The notes beneath the pieces are model-generated. The model was not told where the DNA came from and ran no database searches. It saw only the letters and a list, made by a program, of their open reading frames with translations. The position numbers and the translations under genes were made by a program. From contig WRAK01000007.1 in NCBI GenBank assembly GCA_009780235.1, positions 7,847 to 71,846 of the forward strand: 64,000 nucleotides of DNA, given 5' to 3'. This document shows, piece after piece, positions 45,771 through 54,662 of this stretch (its first letter is position 1; the number at the start of each line of letters is the position of its first letter). This DNA comes from Oscillospiraceae bacterium (GTDB lineage: Bacteria > Bacillota > Clostridia > Oscillospirales > Oscillospiraceae).

Positions 45771-46338
45771 AAGCGGAATAGGTTGCGAAAATCAGCCGAC
45801 AACCTCAAATGGAAAAACGCAATATCAAGATAGGGATTGGCTGAGTGAGCAATATCAATCGCTCAAAAGCATTTACGCAATCGCAAAAATATGTGGTTGT
45901 CATCCAAGGACGATTCACAGTTGGTTAATTAGGCATGGCATCTCACGAAATAAAAACCGGAACCATTCGGAGGAGACAAGGCGAAAAATGTCGATTGCAA
46001 ATAAAGGTCGCCCATCTGGTATGCTCGGGAAAAAGCATTCTGATGAAACAAAAAGAAAAATGTCCGAAGGAAGAAAAGGGCCTTTGAATGGGAATTGGAG
46101 AGACGGGGCGACTGAGAGGATTCGGAAGTTTCGCAGAACCAAAGAGTATATACGCTGGCGGAAGCAAGTAATAGAATCGGCAAATGGTAGATGCCAGAAA
46201 TGCGGTCTAGAACTCCCATTAGAGGCTCATCACATTGTTAGTATTCACAAAGACTGGGAGCTGGCGTTAGAACTATCAAATGGAATGGCGTTATGCAAAG
46301 AGTGTCATTTGAAAGAAGGTAAAAGGAATGATGAATAA
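45763..46338 (+). CDS. HNH homing endonuclease with NUMOD3 repeats
   Basis: Tandem HSEETRRKMS / HSDETKRKMS NUMOD3 motifs, then CQKCG...EAHHIVS...CKECH. Confidence 0.75.
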   Translation: MNKSGIGCENQPTTSNGKTQYQDRDWLSEQYQSLKSIYAIAKICGCHPRTIHSWLIRHGISRNKNRNHSEETRRKMSIANKGRPSGMLGKKHSDETKRKMSEGRKGPLNGNWRDGATERIRKFRRTKEYIRWRKQVIESANGRCQKCGLELPLEAHHIVSIHKDWELALELSNGMALCKECHLKEGKRNDE

Positions 46339-47176
46339 GAGCAAAATCGACTATGTTGATTTTTCATGGAACCCTGTAACCGGTTGTCGGCACGAGTGCC
46401 GGAACACATACTGCTACGCCTCAAAGCAAGGCAGACGGTTTTGTGGGGACATCCGGGCGAACAAAACCTCGCCACAGATTCAGATGCTAGACGGCGGCTT
46501 ATACATACTGGACGAACCGTTCAGGAATAGTGCCGGAAAGGTTGTACCTCTCCCGGCCGGGTTCGAGCCGACGCTCCACAAATACCGACTGGAGATGCTG
46601 AGCCGGAAAAAGAAGCCCGCCAACATCTTTGTCGGGAGCATGGCGGACGTGTTTGGTGAGTGGGTGCCGGATGAGTGGATTACAGCTGTATTTGATGCTT
46701 GCGCCGCAGCTCCGTGGCATAAATACCTGTTCCTTACGAAGAACCCGGCGCGGTACGGGGAACTCGCCGAAAAAGGTCTGCTCCCGGATGCTCTGAATAT
46801 GTGGTTTGGCTCCACGACAACGAGGCAGGAGGATATGTTCTGGTGGAGCAAATGCCATAACACGTTTGTGAGCATTGAACCGTTGATGGGGGTATTTGAG
46901 CCGCCGGATAATCCCATGAAGAAGGTGGATTGGGTCATCATTGGTGCTGAAACGGGTTGTCGCCGCGGCAAGGTCGTGCCGGAACAGGTATGGGTAGAGA
47001 ATATCGTCGTTGCCTGCCGGGAACTTGGGACTCCTGTATTCATGAAAAAGAACCTCGCTGCCGTGTGGGGCGAGCCGTTGATTCAGGAATACCCTACTAG
47101 GTTGAATGCACAGGCGAGAGACAATCATGAGTTCGACGAGGCCCGATTTACGGAGGAGGTGCCGCGCAATGAGTAA
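46328..47176 (+). CDS. phage Gp37/Gp68 family protein (DUF5131)
   Basis: SWNPVTGC.HEC..CYA, FVGSMADVF, FLTKNPARY, DWVIIGAETG. Confidence 0.78.
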   Translation: MMNKSKIDYVDFSWNPVTGCRHECRNTYCYASKQGRRFCGDIRANKTSPQIQMLDGGLYILDEPFRNSAGKVVPLPAGFEPTLHKYRLEMLSRKKKPANIFVGSMADVFGEWVPDEWITAVFDACAAAPWHKYLFLTKNPARYGELAEKGLLPDALNMWFGSTTTRQEDMFWWSKCHNTFVSIEPLMGVFEPPDNPMKKVDWVIIGAETGCRRGKVVPEQVWVENIVVACRELGTPVFMKKNLAAVWGEPLIQEYPTRLNAQARDNHEFDEARFTEEVPRNE

Positions 47177-47447
47177 AATTTCGCAAAACGACATGGAGTA
47201 TCTGCAAGACATGGTGGACAGAGGGGAAATGACCGCTGCACAGGCGAATGTTGAAAAAATACGTATGGCGCGAGTCTTAGTAGTAAAGAAGCTACCGGCC
47301 GATGTGCTCTCTGCGCTCAATGCCGCAGTTAAAATCGGCGAGCTGTGCCATAAAAAGAAAGACGGGCAGAAGCCGGAAGTTTATTATCATCCGATTTGGC
47401 CAACGAAGAACGTAATCGCGCCGAACGGCAGGTGCTTGATGCGCTAG
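47169..47447 (+). CDS. hypothetical protein
   Basis: ATG overlaps the DUF5131 stop, 92 aa. Confidence 0.4.
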   Translation: MSKISQNDMEYLQDMVDRGEMTAAQANVEKIRMARVLVVKKLPADVLSALNAAVKIGELCHKKKDGQKPEVYYHPIWPTKNVIAPNGRCLMR

Positions 47448-47490
47448 TGGGTGTTATGGCTAGGCCTAAAACATAAATGGAGGAACGACG

Positions 47491-48015
47491 ATGGAACGGT
47501 TGACAGAAAGAATTCCATATGGCGCGTGTGAGGGCGTGGCGGTGCAAATTGACTGCCCCACGTATGACTGCATGAACGGGTGTTTGGACAATAGTGCTTG
47601 CGTAGAAAAACTCGCCGCCTACGAGGATACTGGCCTCACGCCTGAAGAAATAAAAGAGGTTGGCTGCCATATATACGGGCCGATTCATAAGGAGATTGCC
47701 GCATATAGAAGGTCTGGCCTCGCCCCGGAGCGTGTAGCAGAGCTGGCCGCGGCGGAGCGGGATGGGCGGCTGGTGGTGTTGCCGTGTAAAACAATTTTTG
47801 ACCCGGGATGGGATGCCGGGCCACCGTGTGCCTTTCTTTGCCCTGAAAGAATAGAGGGAGAAACTGAAGAACCGTGCCATCGGTGTAGAGATGGAATGCC
47901 TTTTGTCCATGAAAGACCATGTACGCAAGATGATATTAAAAATATTGGCAAAACCGTATTTCTCACCCGCGCCGAAGCCGAGGCAGCACTAGCGAAGATG
48001 CAGGAGGGGTACTGA
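47491..48015 (+). CDS. hypothetical phage protein
   Basis: ATG after GGAGGA, 174 aa, Cys-rich. Confidence 0.5.
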   Translation: MERLTERIPYGACEGVAVQIDCPTYDCMNGCLDNSACVEKLAAYEDTGLTPEEIKEVGCHIYGPIHKEIAAYRRSGLAPERVAELAAAERDGRLVVLPCKTIFDPGWDAGPPCAFLCPERIEGETEEPCHRCRDGMPFVHERPCTQDDIKNIGKTVFLTRAEAEAALAKMQEGY

Positions 48016-48431
48016 TGAAAACAATTGAAAACGGCATAAGAGGGTATCACAGCGATTACGCAGACATCGCAGAAAGACTGAAAAACGGCTTAACAGAAGA
48101 TGATGCTAAGCTCAAAGAAGGCGAAATAAACTATCCAACTATGGCGGTAATGGCATATCAAGCGGCAGCACTATATGACTGCCGCTGGCAAGCTGCCTGC
48201 GAGGTGATTGATATAATCGCCGCCAAAATAGGATTAAACGCCGAAGAATTAGGTTTAAATTTTTACGGCGTGAGCAGGGATAGTCGAACGAAGACTGCAA
48301 GCTCACCACTCGCAGACAGGATAGACGAATACTTTGACCGAAGCGGCGACAAGGTTAAGCTGAAAAAAGAGATTAGTGAGTTGAAAAAAGAAAATACTCT
48401 GTTGCGGGATATGTTGCGAAGACAGTACTAG
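48015..48431 (+). CDS. hypothetical protein
   Basis: Start overlaps the upstream stop by 1 nt (TGATG), 138 aa, C-terminal coiled coil. Confidence 0.45.
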   Translation: MKTIENGIRGYHSDYADIAERLKNGLTEDDAKLKEGEINYPTMAVMAYQAAALYDCRWQAACEVIDIIAAKIGLNAEELGLNFYGVSRDSRTKTASSPLADRIDEYFDRSGDKVKLKKEISELKKENTLLRDMLRRQY

Positions 48432-48442
48432 GTGGAAAGCAA

Positions 48443-48736
48443 ATGAACAAACGACCGAAATCATGGATAATCCCAATTGCCCTGATATTTCTTGCCCTCG
48501 TCGCCGTGATTATCGTGGGTTACATCGCCGCAGAGCCGCCCCCGGTCGAACATCCGGGTATTGAGTTTTTGGGCGAAGGGGTCGAAGCTGTTGTTCCGAC
48601 CTCGCCCGTCCGCACCGAGATGCCGGAGATTATAATCAGGACGTTTGTGCCTGATTTGCCGTGTGAGGAGGAAGAGGAGTATGACGTTGTTCCGTGCTGT
48701 GAGGCATTGGAACTCGACACGCTGGCAGGGAAATAG
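48443..48736 (+). CDS. small membrane protein
   Basis: One N-terminal TM helix (WIIPIALIFLALVAVIIVGYI). Confidence 0.4.
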   Translation: MNKRPKSWIIPIALIFLALVAVIIVGYIAAEPPPVEHPGIEFLGEGVEAVVPTSPVRTEMPEIIIRTFVPDLPCEEEEEYDVVPCCEALELDTLAGK

Positions 48737-48750
48737 GAGGGAAGATTGCA

Positions 48751-49029
48751 ATGAGTGGAGACAAAAAGAAAGGTATGGCAGAGCAAATCTCTGAGGCCCT
48801 TATGTCTATGCTTTGTGAATATCGCCGTAATACCGGGAAACCAGCCAAGGCTATTTTCATGGGGATGGATTTAGTGCAATACCTTGAAGTACACGACAGA
48901 GAAAAGTTTATTTATAAGGCAGGGCTTATCGAACTTCAAGGAATTCCGGTATATTATGCCGCTGACGGAATCCTTGGAGTAGGGGAAGCCGTCCAAATGG
49001 AAAGGATGTTCACGGATGGAAGTCAATAA
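48751..49029 (+). CDS. hypothetical protein
   Basis: 92-aa ORF after an AGGAGGGAAG RBS. Confidence 0.4.
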   Translation: MSGDKKKGMAEQISEALMSMLCEYRRNTGKPAKAIFMGMDLVQYLEVHDREKFIYKAGLIELQGIPVYYAADGILGVGEAVQMERMFTDGSQ

Positions 49030-49852
49030 AAAATACAACGATTACGACCTCAAAAAAGCCCTAGCCCGGCGGCACAAAAAGGATATGTTTTTCACCGAGG
49101 TAAAAGATGGCCCAACACATTCCGTCCGCCACCACAGCAAAATAGATGCTCTTTCAATCAGTCTCTCGTGGCTGAACTTTTCGATAATCGGATACGAGAT
49201 AAAGGTCAGCCGGTCGGATTTCCTCCGAGACGAGAAATGGCGAGCGTATCTCCCGATGTGTAACCAGCTCTATTTTGCTGTAGCCCCCGGTGTATGTGAC
49301 CCGGCTGAGGTGCCGGATGTGTGCGGGTTGGTGACGATGACCGCAAAAGGAGGCCTGCGAATCGTGCGAAAAGCCCCGTGGCGGGAAATTGACGAGCCGG
49401 TCAATATGTACAAGTATCTGATGTTTACATACCTCGGTGCAAACCCCAGCGGTAGCCGCATGACACGGGCAGAGGACATTACACGAGCGGATCGCCTAGC
49501 GATGTGGCGGGACTACCTTGATGATAAGGAAACGATGCGTGAGATTGGCCGCCGTGTCGGCGGGAAATTTAGTCGAGAAATGCAAACGATGATGAAAAAA
49601 GCCGACATGTATGACCGGACGACAATTGATGCAGACGAAAGAGACAAGGCGCTTTATGAGATATGTAAGGCGTTGGGCATTGCTTCTCATGCTTGGCGAC
49701 CAGCGGAGCAATGTCTGCGTGAAATCGAGCGCATGAAGGGTTCTGGTGGCATCACAACCAAGATGGAGGCCGATATCAAGAATATCCACCGGATGACGGG
49801 GGATTTGGTCAAAGCCATTACACCAGAGGGCGGAGGGGAGGGCGCAGTATGA
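49016..49852 (+). CDS. PD-(D/E)XK nuclease-fold protein (MmcB-like, tentative)
   Basis: IDALSIS...GYEIKVSRSDF resembles a D...ExK nuclease motif. Confidence 0.45.
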   Translation: MEVNKKYNDYDLKKALARRHKKDMFFTEVKDGPTHSVRHHSKIDALSISLSWLNFSIIGYEIKVSRSDFLRDEKWRAYLPMCNQLYFAVAPGVCDPAEVPDVCGLVTMTAKGGLRIVRKAPWREIDEPVNMYKYLMFTYLGANPSGSRMTRAEDITRADRLAMWRDYLDDKETMREIGRRVGGKFSREMQTMMKKADMYDRTTIDADERDKALYEICKALGIASHAWRPAEQCLREIERMKGSGGITTKMEADIKNIHRMTGDLVKAITPEGGGEGAV

Positions 49853-50271
49853 GCAACATCCGCAGAATAAAACACCTGGCCTCGCATTCCAAGAAGGTGC
49901 GTGTCAGAAAGAAAAACAAGAAACGTCTTATAAGGCTTTGGGACACACTTGGCTGGCAACGTATCCCGGATGCTTTTGGTCGTTTGTCTGTAGCAGTACG
50001 TACGACGGGGTTTGCTGTTGAGGAATTTAGCCGCATTATGCAGACGTACGAGATGACGGACACCATAGACATCGAAAACCCGCACGAGAGCGAATTTTGG
50101 ATAGACGAATCATCCGCGCCGCTCCCCGTACTGTTTGAACAAACATACGGGTTAGGTGATACCGTGTATGATTATCCGGTCTGCCCTCGGTGCATAGAGC
50201 CTACATACTCGCAACTGAACTGCCCGTTTTGCGGGCAGAGATTTTTGGAGGAGGGCGACCATGCAATATAA
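49849..50271 (+). CDS. hypothetical protein with C-terminal zinc ribbon
   Basis: CPRC...CPFC. Confidence 0.4.
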   Translation: MSNIRRIKHLASHSKKVRVRKKNKKRLIRLWDTLGWQRIPDAFGRLSVAVRTTGFAVEEFSRIMQTYEMTDTIDIENPHESEFWIDESSAPLPVLFEQTYGLGDTVYDYPVCPRCIEPTYSQLNCPFCGQRFLEEGDHAI

Positions 50272-50701
50272 AATCAACAACCCGAGTGACCCGTACACCT
50301 TTTTGGCAGAGAGCCGGGAGGTAGCCGCACTCGTCATACTCTTACTCGGCCCGGCATACGGAGCCACGCCGGAGAGCGGAGAAAAAGGAGTGCCGATATT
50401 CATGCTCGGCGGTGCAACGGAATGGTACGAGGGGACCTTTGGCCGAACCCCGGACGAGGGTGTCAAGGCACTTGGAGCTGATGTGGCAGATGCTCTTGAA
50501 AGTGTGATGCTCGGAAGCTTTGAGGATAGGCGCAGATATACCGCCGCACTTGAGGCCATAGATGACCCGGAGAAACGCCGGAGGTTCATGGAGGAATGGC
50601 AGGACGGGCGTACGAGCATGAACAATATTGGGAAACGGTGCCACGACATTGCACGTGCTATCCGAAACGTGTACACGGCGAAAGGCGGGGGCGAATCATG
50701 A
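50261..50701 (+). CDS. hypothetical protein
   Basis: 146-aa ORF, tightly packed in the operon. Confidence 0.4.
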   Translation: MQYKINNPSDPYTFLAESREVAALVILLLGPAYGATPESGEKGVPIFMLGGATEWYEGTFGRTPDEGVKALGADVADALESVMLGSFEDRRRYTAALEAIDDPEKRRRFMEEWQDGRTSMNNIGKRCHDIARAIRNVYTAKGGGES

Positions 50702-51048
50702 ATATACACAAGCAAATTGAGTACCTAGTATGCCAACAAATTGAGTACCTAGTATGCCAAGAGCTGGCGGAGGCAAGAACCAAGCACGGCCGCCGCTTTA
50801 ACTCCCCGCACGAGGGCTATGCCGTCCTGCTGGAAGAGTTTGAAGAAATGCTGGATGGTGCAAACAACATAGGAGAGGTGTTGCCTTATCTTTGGCAGGA
50901 TACCAAGCAAGATGCACCGCAGGCGAGCCTTTGTGGTTGGATGCCTCGGATTAAGGCAGATGCGATAAACGTAGCCGCCGAGGCTATTCAAGTGGCGGCA
51001 ATGGCGGTGAAGTTTTCGGAGAGCTTTTCGAGAGAGGAGGGAGCGTAA
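50698..51048 (+). CDS. hypothetical protein carrying an in-frame 24-bp tandem duplication
   Basis: ATGA overlap with the upstream gene. QIEYLVCQ is duplicated. Confidence 0.45.
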   Translation: MNIHKQIEYLVCQQIEYLVCQELAEARTKHGRRFNSPHEGYAVLLEEFEEMLDGANNIGEVLPYLWQDTKQDAPQASLCGWMPRIKADAINVAAEAIQVAAMAVKFSESFSREEGA

Positions 51049-51049
51049 A

Positions 51050-51232
51050 ATGCAAAACGGGAAAGCAAATGTTGCGGCCGTTGCCACGGGAGCGATGGCA
51101 GAAATGGTATCAATCTTTTTCAAGCAACTCGTGGAGCAAGGATTTACACGAGACGAGGCGATGCAGTTGACACAGGTACACCTTGAGACTGCAATGACGA
51201 GAGCCGTGTCGAGGCCGCAAAATCAAAAATAA
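51050..51232 (+). CDS. hypothetical small protein
   Basis: 60-aa ORF. Confidence 0.3.
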   Translation: MQNGKANVAAVATGAMAEMVSIFFKQLVEQGFTRDEAMQLTQVHLETAMTRAVSRPQNQK

Positions 51233-51252
51233 AGCTCGGAGGACGTTTTAGT

Positions 51253-51621
51253 GTGATTAAACTACATAAACCAGCGGAAATAGTAGCTTGCGTTGAAAAT
51301 ATGGATAGAATCCGGCGCGAAATTATCGAGAGCCGTAATATGGCGCAGGCTCGGATTGCTGAACTTGAGCGCGACCAGTCTGACATTACCCATGAGATCG
51401 AGCGTAAGCGTTGCCGTTATGCGGATAGGGCGAGGCTTGCAACCAAGCTACAAGCAGTATTGGCGGAGCGTCGTGTCTTGAAAGACTGGTTGCACAAGAC
51501 AAAACGGATTGCAAGTGTTATCGAGAGTAATAGCGGTGTGAACGCGCAGAAGTGGACAAACGAGCTTTTAGGCGTTGCACGGGAGGCGGCGAAACAGGCT
51601 GCACTACATGATTCGGCGTAA
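51253..51621 (+). CDS. hypothetical coiled-coil protein
   Basis: GTG start, 122 aa. Confidence 0.35.
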   Translation: MIKLHKPAEIVACVENMDRIRREIIESRNMAQARIAELERDQSDITHEIERKRCRYADRARLATKLQAVLAERRVLKDWLHKTKRIASVIESNSGVNAQKWTNELLGVAREAAKQAALHDSA

Positions 51622-51726
51622 ATAGAGAACAGCCCGGCAATAAGCCGAGCTGCTCCTCGCAGGGTGGATGACATAATGCTGTTGTGGTGACTTCATTATA
51701 CCAATATTCTGCGGAGGTGTCAACAC

Positions 51727-52149
51727 ATGGAAAAAGGGCCAATGAGCAAGCGGCGGCTGGAGCAGTATAAAAGCCTCCAAAGTGAAATTGCTATGCTGGG
51801 GGAGCAGATTCTATCTGCAACAGCCAGCGACGGCGTTGTGACTGACATGGTGCGCGGCTCTGCTGCGGAGCACCCGTACACGTCCCAAAACATTGTCATA
51901 CAGGGGCACGGGTCGCCGAGAGTGAGTAGGTTGGCGGCGCGGCGGCGGGAACACGAGGCGGAGTGCGCCGCCGTAGAGGAGTACGTCGAGGCGGTAGAGG
52001 ATAGTGTTATACGCCAAATTCTCACATGGAGGTACCTTTTGGGCGAATCCGTAGAGGAAACTTCCCGGATGGTGGGGTATAGTAAAAGTCAGGTGGATAG
52101 GAAGTTGAAAAACTTTTTTGAAAAGATGCGCCATTATGCGCCATTATGA
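51727..52149 (+). CDS. sigma-70 region-4-like late transcriptional regulator (RinA/DUF1492-like, tentative)
   Basis: C-terminal IRQILTWRYLLGESVEETSRMVGYSKSQVDRKLKNF HTH. It is the last gene before the late operon. Confidence 0.5.
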   Translation: MEKGPMSKRRLEQYKSLQSEIAMLGEQILSATASDGVVTDMVRGSAAEHPYTSQNIVIQGHGSPRVSRLAARRREHEAECAAVEEYVEAVEDSVIRQILTWRYLLGESVEETSRMVGYSKSQVDRKLKNFFEKMRHYAPL

Positions 52150-52208
52150 GGTTGAATGCGCCATTTTCCGTGTGTTATTATTATCATGTAAAAATCCGAA
52201 TCACCATA

Positions 52209-52240
52209 GCCGCCCCTTTCGCCGGGGGCGGTTATTTTTT
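52209..52240 (+). terminator. rho-independent terminator separating early/middle genes from the late operon
   Basis: GCCGCCCC-TTTCGCC-GGGGCGG followed by TTATTTTTT. Confidence 0.75.
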
Positions 52241-52354
52241 GTGGAAGGAGGCTCGACTGGCACCGCGCTTGCTCCTTGGCTCGGTGTAACCCTTACCGCC
52301 TGTCATATCGCCAATGGCGGCAACGGAAGGGAAACATACAAAGGGGTCTTATTT

Positions 52355-52942
52355 TTGAAGATTATCAGAAAGAAGATTGATGAACTAATCCCGGCTGGCT
52401 ACAACCCAAGGAAAACGTTGACGCCGGGGGATGCAGAGTATGAGCAAATCAAACAGTCGATTCTAACCTTTGGTTTGGTGGAACCGGTTGTGTGGAACAG
52501 CAGAACCGGCAATGTTGTTGGTGGCCATCAACGGCTGGTTGTGCTACGTGACCTTGGGCACGAAGAGATTGACGTGAGCGTGGTCGATTTGAGCGAAACG
52601 CAGGAGAAGTCGCTCAATATCGCTTTGAACAAAATTATGGGCGAATGGGATGACGAAAAGCTGACTGCGCTACTAGAGGAACTGGCGGCAGACGCAGATG
52701 AAATGATGCTGGGGCTTACCGGATTCACAGATGAAGAGCTCAGCGAGATATTTGCTACTGAGTACGTGGATACCGCCATTGCTTTTGACGGCGATGACGA
52801 ACTTCCGCCGAGTCGGGAGGCACGATTCACCTACCAAGAGCAGTTCGGTGTCATCGTTATATGCAAAGACGAAGGCGAGCAGCAGTCCGTTTATGAAACG
52901 CTTACCGCACAAGGATTCTCCTGTAAGGTGGTGGCGACGTGA
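52355..52942 (+). CDS. ParB/Srx-like N-terminal domain protein
   Basis: IDELIPAGYNPRK...VVGGHQR...ALNK motifs. TTG start 8 nt after AAGGGG. No ATG is available. Confidence 0.7.
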   Translation: MKIIRKKIDELIPAGYNPRKTLTPGDAEYEQIKQSILTFGLVEPVVWNSRTGNVVGGHQRLVVLRDLGHEEIDVSVVDLSETQEKSLNIALNKIMGEWDDEKLTALLEELAADADEMMLGLTGFTDEELSEIFATEYVDTAIAFDGDDELPPSREARFTYQEQFGVIVICKDEGEQQSVYETLTAQGFSCKVVAT

Positions 52943-54093
52943 ACGAGCTGACGAAAATCGCCATCCATAACAGAACCTCCGATTTTAACAGCTATCGTGC
53001 GGCGCGGGTGAAGAGCCTGTTCAATGCAGAGAGCGGCTGTAACTTCGACTTGGAAGCGGAACTGGACCTTACAGGCAGCTGGCAGATTGGGGTAGTGGTC
53101 GGGCCGAGTGGGTCCGGCAAGTCCTCAATCGGCAAAGTCATCTTCGGGGAGAACCTGATGCACGATTATACGCAGGGCTGGGCAAAGGATAGGCCAATTG
53201 TGGACGAAATTGCGCCGGACGGCGACTTTAACGAGGTCACCGGGGCATTGGCCAATGTCGGCCTCGGTGATGTTCCTGCGTGGCTCCGGCCGTTCCATGT
53301 TCTATCGAACGGGGAGCAGTTCCGTGCGGGACTGGCTCGGCTTATTTGCATGAGGGCCGAGCGTGTCGTTGTTGACGAGTTTACCTCTGTCGTAGATCGG
53401 CAGATTGCACGGATTGGCTCACAGGCCTTTCAGAAGGCGTGGCGGCGCACCAATCCAAAAGGAAAGGTGGTGTTGCTTTCCCCACATTACGACATCTTAG
53501 ACTGGGTACAGCCCGACTGGGTTTTTGATACCAAGACAAAAGAGTTTGAACGTGGGTGTCTTCGGCAAAGGCCAAAGATTGAACTCTCGATTCTCAAGAC
53601 GGACGGCAGTTACTGGCCGCACTTTAAGCACCATTACTATTTAGACCTGCCTATGCCGCCGGCCGCAGAGTATTTTGTCGGTGCGGTGGACGGGGAGCTT
53701 GCTTGCCACCTCTCCGTTTCCCCGCTGTTTACAGCTCGTGCGTACCGTGCAACACGGCTTGTGACGATGCCGGAGTGGCAGGGGGCGGGCGTTGGGCTCC
53801 GCTTCCTCGAATGGGTATGTCAGCACCACCTTGAGGGGAACGGCCGGAAAGGTCGCAAATACGCAACGTTCTTCCACACGTCGCACCCGCAGTTATGTAT
53901 GGCCCTGCGCCGGGGCAAACGATGGGTGCAAACTAGTGCCATGCTGTACGGCGATAACAAAGCCCGCAGCGCGCGAAGCATTGCCAAATCGCAGGCTCGG
54001 CAGGTCGGAAAAAAGAAGGACACGATTATCGGAGTCGGCTACGGCGGCCATTTTCGTGCGATTCAGGGGTTTAAGTATGTCGGGGCGGCGTAG
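52939..54093 (+). CDS. ABC-type ATPase fused to a GNAT-like acetyltransferase domain
   Basis: Walker A GPSGSGKSS, signature-like LSNGEQ, Walker B VVVDEF, H-loop SPHYD. C-terminal RLVTMPEWQGAGVGLRFLEW resembles GNAT motif A. GTGA overlap with the ParB-like gene. Confidence 0.68.
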   Translation: MNELTKIAIHNRTSDFNSYRAARVKSLFNAESGCNFDLEAELDLTGSWQIGVVVGPSGSGKSSIGKVIFGENLMHDYTQGWAKDRPIVDEIAPDGDFNEVTGALANVGLGDVPAWLRPFHVLSNGEQFRAGLARLICMRAERVVVDEFTSVVDRQIARIGSQAFQKAWRRTNPKGKVVLLSPHYDILDWVQPDWVFDTKTKEFERGCLRQRPKIELSILKTDGSYWPHFKHHYYLDLPMPPAAEYFVGAVDGELACHLSVSPLFTARAYRATRLVTMPEWQGAGVGLRFLEWVCQHHLEGNGRKGRKYATFFHTSHPQLCMALRRGKRWVQTSAMLYGDNKARSARSIAKSQARQVGKKKDTIIGVGYGGHFRAIQGFKYVGAA

Positions 54094-54601
54094 CACCGAT
54101 GGGCTGGCGGTATTCGTCTACGGCGCAAGCGACGGTGTCACACAGCCTATGATTCAAGCCTGTCTCGGGCTGGTAGAAAAAGAGCACCGGCACGAGCCGG
54201 ATATACACAAGGCCGACCTTGCGATTGCACCGCTGTTGACGACGTTCCTCGCAACGGAGGAGATACTTATGCCCCGGATGGGGACGCTGGTGTTTCATCC
54301 GTCACTACTGCCCCGGCACCGGGGCGGGGACGCAATCAAGTGGGCGTTCAAGTTGGGGGAGGCGTACAGCGGTGTCACGTGGTTCTGGCCCGATGAGGGA
54401 ATAGACAGCGGCGATATCTGTGAGCAAGAGGTCGTGGGGATTCTTCCGGGAGAAAGTCCACGGGAGTTTTATCAGCGAGCAGTCATCCCAGCGGCCGTCA
54501 GGTCACTTGGGCGGGCGTTGGAGGGAGTCGCCAGCGGAATGCCACGGAGGGTACCGCAACAGTTGGAACACGGTTCATACGAGCCACGGATAAGAAAGTG
54601 A
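54077..54601 (+). CDS. formyltransferase-fold protein (Fmt/PurN N-terminal domain-like, 174 aa)
   Basis: LVFHPSLLPRHRGGDAIKWAF...GVTWFWPDEGIDSGDI matches the formyl_trans_N core. 17-nt overlap with the upstream gene. Confidence 0.62.
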   Translation: MSGRRSTDGLAVFVYGASDGVTQPMIQACLGLVEKEHRHEPDIHKADLAIAPLLTTFLATEEILMPRMGTLVFHPSLLPRHRGGDAIKWAFKLGEAYSGVTWFWPDEGIDSGDICEQEVVGILPGESPREFYQRAVIPAAVRSLGRALEGVASGMPRRVPQQLEHGSYEPRIRK

Positions 54602-54612
54602 TGTGTACCAAT

Positions 54613-54646
54613 GACACCGTTGCGGGCTGAAGCTCGCAGCGGTGTC
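54613..54646 (+). terminator. 15-bp hairpin between the formyltransferase-like gene and the tRNA (terminator or processing signal)
   Basis: GACACCGTTGCGGGC-TGAA-GCTCGCAGCGGTGTC (two G-U pairs), followed by AATTATTTAT. Confidence 0.4.
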
Positions 54647-54662
54647 AATTATTTATAAACAA

